Source: Dipteris shenzhenensis
Lineage: Eukaryota
DNA length: 64,000 bases
Direction: 5' to 3' (one strand)
NCBI GenBank assembly: GCA_047967505.1
Contig: CM106538.1
Shown here: positions 22,977-36,880 of the stretch, piece by piece
Position numbering within the stretch: the first letter of the stretch is position 1
Layout: the number at the start of each line of letters is the position of its first letter
Notes under the pieces: generated by a model
Databases searched by the model: none
The model's input: the letters and a program-made list of their open reading frames with translations, nothing else
What the model was told of the DNA's origin: nothing
Position numbers and translations under genes: made by a program

Positions 22977-25900
22977 GGAGTTGCAAGAGTGTGGGCTTTA
23001 TTCCATTATGGGGCATTTATACAAGTTGGAGAGCTTCTCTCTCTGCATGTAGGAATTGTAAGACATTCTCTCTCTACATGTAGAACTTGCATATAGAAGT
23101 TGCATGTAGGAGTTGCATGTAGGAGTTGCATGTAGAACTCGCATGTAGGAGTTACATGTAGGAGCTGCATGTAGAACTTGCATGTAGGACTCGCATGTAG
23201 GAGTTGCATGTAGAACTCGCATGTAGGAGTTGCATGTAGGAGTTGTATGTAGAACTCACATGTAGAACTCGCATGTAGGAGTTGCATGTAGAACTTGCAT
23301 GTAGAACTCACATGTAGGAGTTGCATGTAGAACTCGCATGTAGGAGTTGCATGTAGAACTCGCATGTGGGAGTTGCATGTAGAACTCGCATGTAGGAGTT
23401 GCATGTAGGAATCGTATGTAGAACTTGCATGTTAAGCATGCAAGTTGGATTTCTAAGAGGGATTATTTCTCGCCTTATGCAAGTACAAGTGGAGCTTTGC
23501 CGCTACTCTACACACACATTATGTTCCACCTAAGTCCATGTTAGCACAGAGACAACATACTCCCAGATCCATTTTATTACCCATCCTCAGGTTATGTCTT
23601 ATTTTGATTTCGGAGTTGGGATGCCATGTGCATAATCCAGTGGCTGTTGAGCTTGTGGCATGCGAGTCATTCCTGCTGTGATGATTTTGCACCATACAAT
23701 TTATGATCTGTAGTCAAGAAGCTTATCTCCTCTTAAGGAGGGGTAGATAGCCGTGAATTTTAGAGGAGATCTCGTTGCTGAGGTTGCGGACTCTGCCATT
23801 GAATCTTCTTGGGAAGAGGTTTGGCGGGGGTCTCGTTGTTGAGGCTAGCATTTCTTGCTATCTTGCATACATGTTGGATGCGATTGCACCCGTATCATTG
23901 AGCTTGTAAAGATAAGTTTGTATGCAAGTCTGATATTTTTGCATATAGGAGATGGTTGTGATGTTTGGTGGGGTCTCATTACTGAGGCTGTAGACTCTCT
24001 TGCCAATTCATCTTGAGTTTTGGCATAGCTTCTTGTCCAGCTTGTGAATTCATTCCATGCTTTGAGAGTATGGAATGAAAGTGTGTGATACTATTATTGA
24101 TGCAATCTATTATGTGCCTATGCAAAATCGTGTGAGTGTATGTGATGTGTTTAACTATATGCTTATTTGTGGGATTTAATAGGGAAACTAAGACTCAATC
24201 ATCCCTAATACGAAATTGATTAGGTCTTCTAAATGTGCAAAAATGTGCATATGCCAGTGAGTGTGCGTGTAACAATCTAGTATAAACTATATGTGCAAAA
24301 ACATGCATATGCTAGTGAGTGCTCGTGATACAATCTAATCCTAACTAAGGAAGACTTGGTTTCCCAAATCTTCATTTTGTCGGGGATGGCTTGTGTGTTG
24401 AAGTAGTAGTGCTTTAGTCACGGCTCCCGTTTATTGTTGTGTTGAATTGGACTACATCCAATGTTTCTAGTAGTACAACTCCGATGGGATTCATCTTTCG
24501 TACTCAATATGTTCCTTGACCTAGATACTTCAGTTTCCCCTTGTGTACTTTGGCATTGTATAACAGGACTAAGTCGCCTTCCTTAATGCCTTTAGCTTTA
24601 AGATTTCTGTCAAACCATGCCTTTCTTCTGCGTTTTTTTGTTATCATGGCATGGTAAGTGACTAGTCTTGTCTCTATATATTTCTCCAACTGATAGAGCC
24701 TTTCTTTCAAGGATTCATGGTCTCCCATGCATTCCTGTATTGTTATGCATAAGCTTGGTATTACAAATTCTAGTGGGACCACAGCTTCAAGGCTGTACAC
24801 CAATTGAAAATGTGTGTTCCCTATACTGACCTTGAGTGTGGTTCTGTATGCCCATAAGGCTACATTTAGTTTCTCTGCCCAATCAAAATGCTATGGTTCT
24901 ACTACCTTGGTGAGGATAATGCATATTACTTTGTTGGTGGATTCGGCCTGTCCATTCCCTTGGGGGTAGTAGGGTGTGCTTTTTCTATGGATTACCATAA
25001 AGTCAGACAAGAGTTCTCGGATTACCTCATTGACAAAATGTGTGCCTCTATCCAACAAAATTTCAATGGGGCATCCAAATCGGGTGATCACATTTTTGTA
25101 TAGGAATCTTGCTATGCTTCCGGCATCTACCTTTCTGATTGCTTTAGCTTCATCCCACTTTGTAAAGTGATCAGTGGCCATAATGATGTAGCGTGCCTGT
25201 GTTCCTTTTGCTACTGGATGGATGGGACCCACATAGTCAATTCCTCATTTTTCAAATGTTTTTTGTGCAACAACTATTGTTAGGGGATTGAAGTCTTTTT
25301 GTTGTGGTTTAGTAGTCCGTTGGCATACATCACAGCCTTTTACATATTCATAGGCATGTGCCCATGGTGTTGGCCACCAGTAGCCTATGAGGAGAACTTT
25401 TCTTGCTATGGCTTCCCCTTGGAAGTGTCCTCCTGCAATGCCTTCATGGACTTCACTAAGGATTGGCATGATCTCATGAGGCATTACATATCTTCTTAAT
25501 ATCTGGTCCTTGCCCATCTTGTATAGTTGTTTTGCAATGTGTTGATAGGGTACAACCTTTAAAATCAATTTTTTGGCATCTATTGCTTTCATTTCAGGGG
25601 GTACTCTTCTTGCCATTAAGTAACCAATGATATCTCCACACCACTCTAGAACAGCATCTATTTGAAATAGTATGGCATCTGGTAAGTCGTCTGCTTCTCC
25701 AATGGCTTCTTCTCCCGACTTGACATGGGACATGTGATCGGCAATGTAGTGTTGGGCACCTTTGCGACCACTATTTTGAAGTTGAATTCTTGAAGCAAGA
25801 GAAGCCAGCTTGTTATTCTTCCTGTTATACACAGACGGTTCACAAGATAAAGCAATGCTTGATGGTCGGTGCAGAAGACAAAATCATTTGCCAGTAGATA

Positions 25901-26690
25901 GTGTCAAAATTTTTTTACACTATACACCATCACTAGGGCTTCTCTTTTGGTGGTGGTATAGTTGATCTCTGCATCATTGAGTTGTCGATCGGCGAAGTAG
26001 AATGGGTAGTCTTTCTTATGTTCACCAGGTTGACAAAGCACACTCCCAATTGCATACTTGGATCCATCAGTATGAACATGAAAATCAATATCCCAATTGG
26101 GAGATATAAGGATGGGTGCTGTGATTAGGCATCATTTTAAAAGCTCAAAGGCTTGGTCGCACTCTTCGGTCCATAAGAATTCCACTAATAATTTGTAAAG
26201 TGGTCTAGCTATCATGGCATACCAAATATAAATCTTTTATAATAGCCGACATGTCCCATAAGGACACACACACCTTTGGAATTTGTAGGAGGAGGCAATT
26301 CCATGATGATTTTGATTTTGTCCATGTCAGTTATGTTGAGAGATGATGTGTCCCAAAACAACTCCATGGGTGACCATGAACTGGCATTTTGTTGGATTTA
26401 GGGAGATGCCATACTCCCTGCATTTTGATTAGTACTGATTCAAGACATTTGAAGTGGTCTTTTTTGTTTGAATGGATGAACAAGTCATCCAAGAACACCT
26501 GTAAATACTTATTTAGATATGACTTGAAAGCTGTGAACATGACTCGCTGGAATGTGGCAAGGATTACAAAGTCCGAATGGCATGACTCTATATGCAAAAA
26601 TACCCCATTCTATAGCAAATGATGTTTTTGATTGGTCTTTAGGAGCAATTTGCACTTGGTTATAGCCACTGAAGAAATCCAAGAAGCTAT
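22977..26690 (-). mobile_element. pol: Gypsy B block: RT C-half, RNase H, integrase, 3' UTR and start of 3' LTR (23557-22977)
   Basis: YSFLDFFSGYNQ, VMPFGL, VFLDD, integrase EVHEG...GGH...CDVC and TRFGCP. Homologous to 8941-11290. Confidence 0.9.
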
Positions 26691-28550
26691 ATTTGAGGCT
26701 AAGAAATAAGATCAATTTGAGGCTAAGAAACAAGCTCAAGACCCAATCCATGACTTGGCCCCACAAAGTATTGATACTATACTCAAGCCTCTATTCCAAC
26801 AATAGACTCCACAACATAATGTACCGCCACCTCAATGTGAAGAAGCCGCACTCTCTAGCATCCTAAGTTGCCCTGTGTCAATTCCCATTGGAATCTTCTA
26901 CGAAATTGTCCCAATCTCTAGGAGAGTTTCAAAGGATGGATTGAACTCGCAAATCTCCCTCCACCTATGAACGACATCAAAGATATCCCTGTGCAGATGG
27001 GTGAGAGAGATGACATACGCAACATTATTGTGTCTTTGATCCACAAGGCATATAATGAAGTCCAAGCCATAGTGGATGGTGGAGTAGGTGTAAATGTCCT
27101 ATCAAAGGAGCTCTACGAAGAATGGGGTCTCCCACCAATGTAAAGGCTAATTTCAACATACACCTTGCTGATGATTCATGGGCTAAACCCTTGGGAATAG
27201 TGAATGGTGTTTCCACAAAGGTCACAGGAGTCTGCTTTTCCCTTCAATCCACAATCTTGGATCTCCCCAAAAAATCCTATCAAATCGTACTGGGACGTCC
27301 TTGGTTATGGGAAGCATCAGTCCTCCATGACTGGGAAACTCATAGATTGACAATCCAGAATCGTGACACCGTAGTCATGCTGAATGTGGGGATAGGAGCT
27401 ATAAAACCAATTGTGCCTAGAGCATTGGATGACACATCTTCAACGACAATCTCAAGCAAATCAGCTCCCTTGCAACAGCATGCCATAGCAGGTGATTCAC
27501 AAAACAATGTCAATAACTAGATATAAACATTGGCAACCATTGACAACTGCCATTCATTAGACCCCATCTTCTCACAAATAGATGCTAAGGTGCTACAGGT
27601 AGATCCTCCACTAACACATGAACCAATCGATCTAGAGATGCCATTCTTTATGGCTGACCTCGAGTTGGATAGTGAACCTAAAGAAGGTACCCATACTAAT
27701 GATGACTCATATTTTCCTTGGGTCCTTGAAACAGAGGCTGAGAATGCTAAAATTGAAGATCAAATCTTTGATAATGACTTAGCCATTCTTCTTGCCCTAA
27801 TGGTAGTCGAGCTCCCAAAAGTTGAACCTCCAAAGTTGAATAACAACAGAAGATCCCGCAAGAAAGCTGGAGGAAATTGCAGAAAAGCCAAGGCTGAATA
27901 CTTCAATGAATTTGAACGAGTCCAAACATGGATCATCAAATTGTACCTTCCAAAGCCAGCTCCCCCAAAATCAGAACCACCACCTCTTGAATGATCCCCT
28001 TAGGGACTAGAAGGAGTATGCGCATCAAATGAACCCTTACTTGGAAACACCTTACTAGTGGAAAAGTTACCCCACATTTCCCAACGTAAGAAGTTTTGAA
28101 TATATAAGCATGTGCGGATGAAGCTTGTGATCAAGAGACTTCAGAAAAAGAAAGTAAAAAAGAGCCTAACAAATTGCTAAATGAAACCCCAGTACACATG
28201 GCACATGTCAGGCTAGTTCAATGCCATCAGAGGCCGATCTTCGAGAAGTGCCGGAACACTTCAAGAATTACACAAGTGGTAGTGCGCCAATAGCAATGCC
28301 AAGACCACTAAGAGAATTTAAAGTTCAAGAAACTGATAGCATTGGAGAAACTCCAATCTACGAGGGACCAGAAAAAACATGCACAATAAGCCCCGCCCTT
28401 GAAGGAGAGGAAGAAAAACTGGTTTTCATTGGGAAACAATTTTGACAAGAAGATGGAACCAAACTCAAAGTACTCCTAATGGAATATCGTGACTGCCTAG
28501 CATGATCATACAAAGAGATGAAAGGAATTTCACCAGAAGTGGCAGTACAC

Positions 28551-31500
28551 TGTAAAGAAATAGGGAGAGAGATAGGAGACTCAAGTTCAGCTTTCTTCAC
28601 AACACACAAAAGAGAGAGGACACAAGGTTGGAGGGTGAAGCCTTTCTTCACTTTTGCACACAACAACAATACAATAGAAGAGGGAAATACCCTATATGTC
28701 AAAACCTAGAATACGTGGTTCATATGTGAACCCAAACCAAAAACATACGTGGTAGTCTAACTACACCACGAGTACAACTAACATAGGCAGTGACATAAAT
28801 GATAGTCATCCAGGAGATATATCGGGGGTAGAGCTTGATATCTCAACACTCCCCCTCAAGCTCAAATCCATCTCACGTACACCAAGCAAGCTCCTAAATC
28901 TGCGAAGCTTCTCGGTACCCAATGCCTTCATAAAAATATCAGCCACCTGCTCCTCAGTGCTGACATAGACAAGATCAATCTCACCAGCTAGAACCTTCTC
29001 TCTCACAAAGTGATAATGCACCTCAATGTGCTTCGTTCTAGCATGATAAACTGGGTTATTAGCAAGCATGATGCTACTAATGTTGTCACAATGAATGACA
29101 ACTGCTGCATGAACTGACTGTCCCATATCTCCAAGTAGCTTCCGTAACCAAGCTACCTCACATGCAGCCATTGCTGCACCCCTGTACTCAGCTTCTGTGC
29201 TCGACAAGGCAACTGTTGGCTACTTCTTGCTGCTCCAACTGCTGGCACCACTCCCAAGGGAAAACATAAAACCACTAGTAGATCTCCTGTCTGAGACACT
29301 ACCAGCCCAGTCAGCATCTGTGTATCCATGTACCTGTAATGCACACCCAGCTTCATAAAACAGTCCATAATGCAATGTGGACTTCACATACCGCAGTATG
29401 CGCCTAGCCGCATCCAAATGTGGCTTCCTTGGTGCCTGCATAAACTGACTCACTAGCCCCACAGCATAGCTCAAATCTGGTCTGGTTATAGTCATGTAAA
29501 TCAAGCTACCTACTATGCGCCTGTACATAGTAATATCTTCAAGAAGCTCACCTGACTCTGCATTGAGCTTCACATTCTGCTCCAATGGAACAGAGATAGG
29601 CTTACAGCCTGTCATCCCATATTTGGACAGCATGTCCAAACCGTATTGCCTTTGCAACAGCCATATCCCACTCGGGGATCTAATAACCTCAATGCCCAAG
29701 AAGTAACGCAGCTCTCCCAAATCCTTCATCTCAAATTTCTGCTTCAACAGCAGCTTCACTTCATTAATGTCTGCATCACTATCACCTGTAATAATCAAGT
29801 CATCAACATAGATGACTATAAGCACAATCCCTCTGTTTGTCCTTTTCACATAAAGTGAAAAATCTGAATTGGAAATCTGAAATCCAATAGTGACAAGATA
29901 TTGCCCTATCTTGTCTGACCATGCCCTCGGCGCCTGTTTTAAGCCATACAAGGCTTTGCGCAACCTGCATACAAAGTTGGGGTGTGAGTTATCCTCATAA
30001 CCTTCTGGCTGCATCATATAAACCTCTTCCTGCAAATCACCATGCAAGAAGGCATTTTTCACATCCATCTGATGCAAAGACCATCCCTTTGCAGCAGCCA
30101 TAGCAATTATTGCTCTCACGGTTGCCATCCTTGCAACTGGGCTGAAAGTTTCCTCATAGTCAATTCCATATGTCTGTGCAAAACCTTTGGCAACCAATCT
30201 TGCCTTGTACCTGCTAACAGACCCATCAGCATTGTGCTTTACTTTGTAAACCCACTTGCAGCCAATAGCCTTCTTATCATGAGGCAAAGGCATCAAATCC
30301 CAAGTGTGGTTTGCATCCAAGGCAGCCATCTCTTCATCCATAGCTGCTTCCCAATTTTTATGCCCTGCTGCATCCTCAAAACATGTGGGCTCTGGCTCCT
30401 CTAGAACCTTGACCATATAAGCATAGTGATGTGCTGTATACCCATCATATCTCAGCCTGTCAACTGGATACTTAATACGAGTGGACCTCCGTACAACTGG
30501 ATCAGTTGCAGGCGTCTTTAAATCATGCCTGCTTTTCCTTGCACCAGGTGTAACAACAGAAGGAATCCCAAGTTCCTCATCAAGGCTCATTTCAGAGCCG
30601 CTTGACTCTCCATCAACATGAGAGCTACCAGCAGACACATCAAATACTGGAGCATGGTCCACTTTTTCTTTTCCCTTATGTGATACCTGCACAACACTAT
30701 CAGGACTGCCATGTGACGATTCACTAGATCTCAATCTCCCTGTCCATGCATTAGATCCACTAGTAGAGGACTCTCTGGGTCCACTCAAGGCTTGAGATTG
30801 CTGCTCTGCATTTATTGCAGCATTCCCATTTCCTGCATCTACATCTCCTACCATAACAGTTGGTGCATACCAGCTGCTCATTTCATCAAAAACAACATCT
30901 CTGCTCACTTGCATTTTGTGGGTGGAAGGGTTATAACAGCGATACCCTTTCTGGTGCTGAGCATATCCAATAAAGATGCATTTTTCTGCCTTTGGATCCA
31001 GCTTTGTTCTCTTCTCATCAGGAACATGAACATAAGCTATGCAACCAAATACCTTCAAGTGAGAAATATCTGGTTTTTGGCCTGTATACATTTCTTCAGG
31101 CGTCATGCCATGGACAGCTGCAGTGGGGGTTCTATTCATAATATAAACAGCAGTTGCTACTGCTTCAGCCCAAAAATAATCAGGCATGTTTTTCTCATTT
31201 AGGATCGCCCGTCCTACTTCTGCAATATGCCTGTTCTTCCTTTCTGCAACCCCATTCTACTGAGGGGTAGACCTGCATGAGTACTTCCTTTGAATTCCCT
31301 GTTCTTTCAGATATTCACAAAATTCTTCTGAAAAGTACTCTCCCCCTCCATCAGATCTTAGCACTTTAATATGCACACCTTTCTCTTTTTCAACCATGGC
31401 CTTAAAAGCCTTGAAATGGCTGAACACTTCACTTTTGTGCTTCATAAAATAAATCCACACCTTCCTTGTGTAGTCATCAATAAACGTCACATAATAATGG

Positions 31501-34019
31501 CATCCACCAATAGAAGCAGCTTTGGTTGTCCAAACATCTGAATGGATCACTTCCAAAGGTCTTCTGCTCACCTTAGCATTTTTGGGAAATGCATGTCTGG
31601 CCTGCTTACCCATTTGGCATGCTTCACATACCTTTTGCATTCCCTCAACTCTGAATTTAGGCAAACCTGCAACAATGTTTTTTGTTTGCATAGATTTCAG
31701 CCTTTGTATATTCACATGCCCAATGCGCTTGTGCCATATCTCAATATCTGCAATGACACCTCTCCCATGCGCAAACATAGCAGCTTTCACCTCAGGCATA
31801 TCAACATCCAAGGTGAACATTCTGCCATTTTTGTTGCCTTTCGCAACCAAGCGGCACTTATTTTTCAAGTCCTCAACGAAGCATCCATCAGGATTAAATC
31901 TAACCTGCAGACCTTGCTCAACCATCTGGCCAACTGAAACCAGGTTCTTAGTGATTTTTGGAACATGAAGTACATCTGCCAAGTACTTCGTTTTGCCATC
32001 CTGCATAGCCAATGGCACTTTACCAACCTGCGTAATTGGGTGCGCAGTATCATCACCTGTTTCAACATAACCTGGCTTATCCAAATTTCTAGCATCATGA
32101 AACCACTCACCATGACTGGTCATGTGGTTAGAGGCACCTGAATCAACATACCAAACATCATTGCAAGCTGCAGCATCTCCTGACATGGAGTTAACCATAT
32201 GCTGCATCACAAAAAGGTGCTCATTTCTGTCGTCACCATGCCCACTTGATGATGCATAGTTGCTTTGCTGCAACTTTCCACTTTTGATGTCATTCTGCTT
32301 TTTATAGCATGTATTCTCCTTGTGTCCAGGCTTTCCATAAGAATAGCATTCTGTACTGCTATTTACTTGCTGGTTCCTTTGCCATGAACCACGGCCTCTT
32401 TGGCTCCCCCTGCCTCTAGAACTACCACGTCCTCCTCCATAGGACTGGTTTTCCTGTTGTTGCTGCTGGTTCTGATTTCCTGCACGGCCTCTACCTCTGC
32501 CTCTACCTGTATTCGAGTAGAAAGCAGTCTCTTGAGAAGTTGAGGTGGCTGAACCACCATTCCTTTGCTCTTCACTCAGCAAGAGAGCAATAAGTTCCTG
32601 AAAATCAGGAAATGTTTCACGGACTCCAATGGATGTCCGAAACTGTGCATAATCTTTCCCAAGACCATTCAAGGTCACGGACACTAAGTCCTCATCATCA
32701 ACAGGTGCTCCAATGGAGGCAAGAGAATCTGCAAGGCCTTTCACCTTCAAGGAATACTCATTTATATTCAGATTTTTCCTTTGCACATTGTGCAACTCCT
32801 GCTTTAGCTGCATCTTTCGTGCTTTGGTATTTGTGCTATACAGCTTCACCAATGTATCCCATGCTTCCTTAGGCGTCTCTACATCCTGTATATGCACAAT
32901 CATAGAATCTGAAATGCTAACAGACAACCAATACAGGCATTTTCTGGCTTTTTCATGCCATTCTTTAAAGGCCTTCAATTCAGCAGGAGTGGGAGCAGTA
33001 CCCAAAACTGGTTCTGCAGTTTCACCACTGATGTAATCCCAAACTCCCTTTCCCATAAGGAAGTTTGTCATCCTGAACTTCCATGCTTGGAAGTTGTTCT
33101 TGTCAAGCTTCTCACTTACGATGGTAGACAGATTCTCAGACATTTTACAAATCACGAATTGCAACAGAAACCTGTAAACACAGCAAATGCCTCACAAGGG
33201 CAAATAGCAAAACTTCTGCGAAAAGCCTCACAGGGGCAGGTCTGCAACACTGACGAAAGTGGTATTTCACCACACAGTCACTTCCTCGTGACGATTTTGC
33301 ATCAACAGGCAACAGGCATGAATCTGCAACTCCCAATATCTCTGCACATAGGCATACGATGCAATTTCTGTGGCACCTTTCCACCGACTAGCCGTGCGGT
33401 GGTTGCACAGCAAAAACAGGGCCTTTTTCTGAGTGCCTGCGAAGAACTTCCACCTTCAAAACGGGCCCCGAAACGGCCTCAAATCAGAAAAATAAAGTCA
33501 CCAAGGGCTTCGCCCTTATCCCGCAGCATATACTGCGCTCTCGCCGCACCGCGAAGGGCCTCTCAATCTGAAGCAGTGCACTCCTGCACTTCTGGCTGTG
33601 CTACCTACAGAGATTTGCTCCCAAACTCGAAATAGGGAAGCTACACTGGTCCTCTTACCAGGACACCACAAACTTGGCTAGCTTTCTTGAGCTCCTTACC
33701 ACGAACAAGGCTCTGATACCATGTAAAGAAATAGGGAGAGAGATAGGAGACTCAAGTTCAGCTTTCTTCACAACACACAAAAGAGAGAGGACACAAGGTT
33801 GGAGGGTGAAGCCTTTCTTCCCTTTTGCACACAACAACAATACAATAGAAGAGGGAAATACCCTATATGTCAAAACCTAGAATACGTGGTTCATATGCGA
33901 ACCCAAACCAAAAACATACGTGGTAGTCTAACTACACCACGAGTACAACTAACATAGGCAGTGACATAAATGATAGTCATCCAGGAGATATATCGGGGGT
34001 AGAGCTTGATATCTCAACA
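28551..34019 (-). mobile_element. Full-length Ty1/copia element (copia-1)
   Basis: 298-bp LTRs at 28551-28848 and 33722-34019 (2 differences seen), TSD TACAC, Met PBS 33709-33721, PPT ~28849-28860. Confidence 0.97.
28806..33143 (-). pseudogene. gag-pol: Copia-1 gag-pol, single frame with two TAG stops (31257, 29220)
   Basis: Gag, WYVDSGASNHM protease, integrase SDGGGEY, RT YVDD and RNase H DADWAG / TKHIEVHYHF. The frame runs into the 3' LTR. Confidence 0.95.
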
Positions 34020-34305
34020 TACACATGATACCTATAAGGGAAGGTGATCACCCTAAGGTATGTGGACCTTATCGCACAAATCCTAAATATGGCACCATGG
34101 TTTATGACGGGCTAGAAAAACTCCTAGATGCCGGATTCCATCTACGAGATAGAGCACACTGATTGGGTTTCACCCATTGTCATTGTGCCTAAACGCAATA
34201 AGAAGCTCAGAATATGCGTAAACTTAAAGAATGTGAAAGCTGCCACAATTAAGGATCACTATCCCCTACCCTTAACAGAAACAGTGTTGGAAAAGGTGGC
34301 AGGCT

Positions 34306-36880
34306 CCTTGTTCCTTTAATACCCATTCTTGAAGTGCTTGAAAGCGAGCCTTCTCCACCTCTACATTTGGGAATGGAGCTTCCTTTATTTGAGGCTCGGG
34401 AGTTGATGTGGATGTGCTCGGCTGCTCATTGCTTGGCAGAGGTGGAAGCACTTGTGCTTTCTTTTTAAGAAGTCGCTTTGGTTGGATTGGAATGTTAGGG
34501 TCCTTGGTGGCCTCTTTCTGTTGGTGTGTAATTACATTTATAAGTTGTGATATTACACTTGCTGGACCTAGACTTTGGACCTAGACTTTGATGGTCCACC
34601 CCAATGATGCCGATTGGGATGTGAGGCTTAACTCTATATGTTGTGGGACTTTATTTTTCATGGGACAATCCATACAGGCATGTCCTATGCCACAATCTCT
34701 ACAAAGTGGTTGGAAAGTAGCAGGGCTACCATGATGAGGGCACTTTGCACTCCAATAGTTTTCTCCACAATTGTAGTACTTGATTGGTGCTCGATATGTG
34801 TTGGGACATACTTGATTTGCATAAACTAGTATTAGACCCTCTGCACCTTCTACATAGTACACTGGGTACTCTATTTCATATTCAAATGACGAGTCTACTT
34901 CCTCGGCTTGTAATTGATGCATTGGAACTGCCTGAGGTGCTAGATTTGGTGCTCTTGAATATGGTCCTGGATTCGGATTCTTGAGTAGTTGTGGGACTTG
35001 TGTCCAAACGGGAATAGGATTTAGCCTCAAAGTTGGGGGCGCTTGTGCAAGTGCCGGTTGCCTATACACTGGCATGGGTACCGCTTGGTATTGTTGAGGT
35101 CAAGGCGGGTTGTTGTGCATGTTGAAGATGCAACTGTTTTCATCATGGTCGCTGATGACGCAGATATGGCACCATAACCTTGGCAGTGGATTTGCTTGTG
35201 CAGTGGTCCTGGCTCTTAGGACCGGGCACTCATTTGCCGTATGATTGGCCATGCAGTCTGGACACCAGACATTTTCTCGCTATGGATATGTCTGAGTTAG
35301 CGGTTGTGAAGACAACTAAAGTTTTTGTTCCATGGCCTGCATCATGTCTTATTTCAGCTTCATGGTCATGGCATCTAGGTGATCTTCATTTGATGTTTCA
35401 AAAGTGGACTTTGATTTGCCCTTTTTTGAGTGCTTATCTCATGCACTAGATCTACCGTCATCATTGCTAGTGTCTGAGTCGGTCATGCCATCCTCAATGT
35501 CAATGGCTGCTGCATGAGCAGCACTGAACATTTCATAGCTGCTAATCTTTTTCATATCCTTTTAGATTTTCTTTCTTAGTCTTGCAATGAACCATGCCGT
35601 GAGGTACTTTGCATCTGGGCGCGGGTCACATTTGGCATGATTTCATTTTGCTCGGGTATGTGTGTACATCTTCTTGCCGGCCTTGATCGATCTTGCTTAG
35701 TTGGAGAGCGGGATCATCTTGTAGCCTCTCCGTTTGAAAGCATCATTTAAATTCTGTTTGAAGTAGATCCCATGTGCCACACTCTTCCACTAGAAGGTCT
35801 AGGTACCATTCAGATGCTTCATGAGTTAAGGCCATGGGAAACCAAGCCACCTTGGTTTCATGGGATTGATCTCCACCTGCTCGGCATGCGGCATCAAAAT
35901 GCTAGAGGAATCAGGCTGGATCTCCCCTACCATTATATTTGGGAAGTTCTAGTTTTCTTAGGGGGAACCTATCTTGAGTGTTATTATTTCTTTGATTAAA
36001 GAAATTGTCAGCCTCTACATCGAGGTTGATATCCCCATCATTGTCTCGCGACAGCGTCCAGCCATGTTGTGGCATGGAGGAGTTAAAGGGAGTGATTGAA
36101 TCTCAAGGGGCAATTCGGGGTAGAGGATTGCCGAGGGTGGTGGTTGCAACAGAGTTGTATGTGGATTTGGTGAGCGTTGGAGTCAAAGGCATTGGCCAGA
36201 ACGTAGTTGCATGCAGATTGGGTGAGATTTGCAAAGGGTGTCTCTGCCGTAAGTGCAAGTGTGGATGTAGTTTTGTTGGCAAGGTTAGAGTGGTGTTAGT
36301 TTGTGTAGGGCCCATCATGTTAATAATGTGCCTAATATTGTCCTATGTGTGTAGGGAACTGTCGGTGTAGACAGATCGTTAATCAGAGGTCACGATGTAA
36401 AGATACGAGCGAATTTGTGCAAAAGAAGGCCCACACACGGGCGTGAATGAGAGAGTGCTAGGGATGCCAAAATGGTGTGCAATGGGATGGAAAAAGACCA
36501 TGTAGAGTGGTGTTTTTGTGTGTGAAATATTGGTTCAAACGGGGTCCAGTTTGGGTCCCAAACGGATGAGTTACGAGGGGTTAATGTAGGGGTAAAATTG
36601 GGTTTTTTTTTTGGGGGAGGGGGGCCTTGGTCTTAAGGTTTGGTGTGAATGGGCCTTAAGTCTAACTGAGGGGTAGTAACTGACCTAGTTTAATTGACCT
36701 AATTGGCCCAATTAGTCTAACTAACCTAACTATCTAGTTAGATGCCTAACAGTTAGTCTAACCTAACCTAGTTATGGTTAGATTGACTGTAGCTAACTAA
36801 CCACAGCTAGTTGAGCTAACCTAGTACAATCAACTAACCTAATGGTCTAGTTAGTGTAACTAACTAACAGTTAAAGCTAA
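34306..36880 (-). mobile_element. gag: Gypsy B block: 5' UTR and gag
   Basis: Reverse-complement homologue of ~4950-7530. Confidence 0.9.

Larger units (their letters stand above)
26691..34305 (+). mobile_element. pol: Gypsy B block: protease to RT N-terminus, interrupted by copia-1
   Basis: Homologous to 7535-8930. MKGISPEVAVH (28518) continues after 34024 to WVSPIVIVPK...DHYPLP...LEKVAG. Confidence 0.9.

Noticed and set aside
22998-23404. MQLLHASSTC-repeat ORFs (also ~1039, 11007, 57334)
   Set aside because: Artefacts of the 13-bp LTR minisatellite.
32955-33635. 226-aa antisense ORF over the copia-1 leader and gag
   Set aside because: No recognisable motif; likely a shadow ORF.
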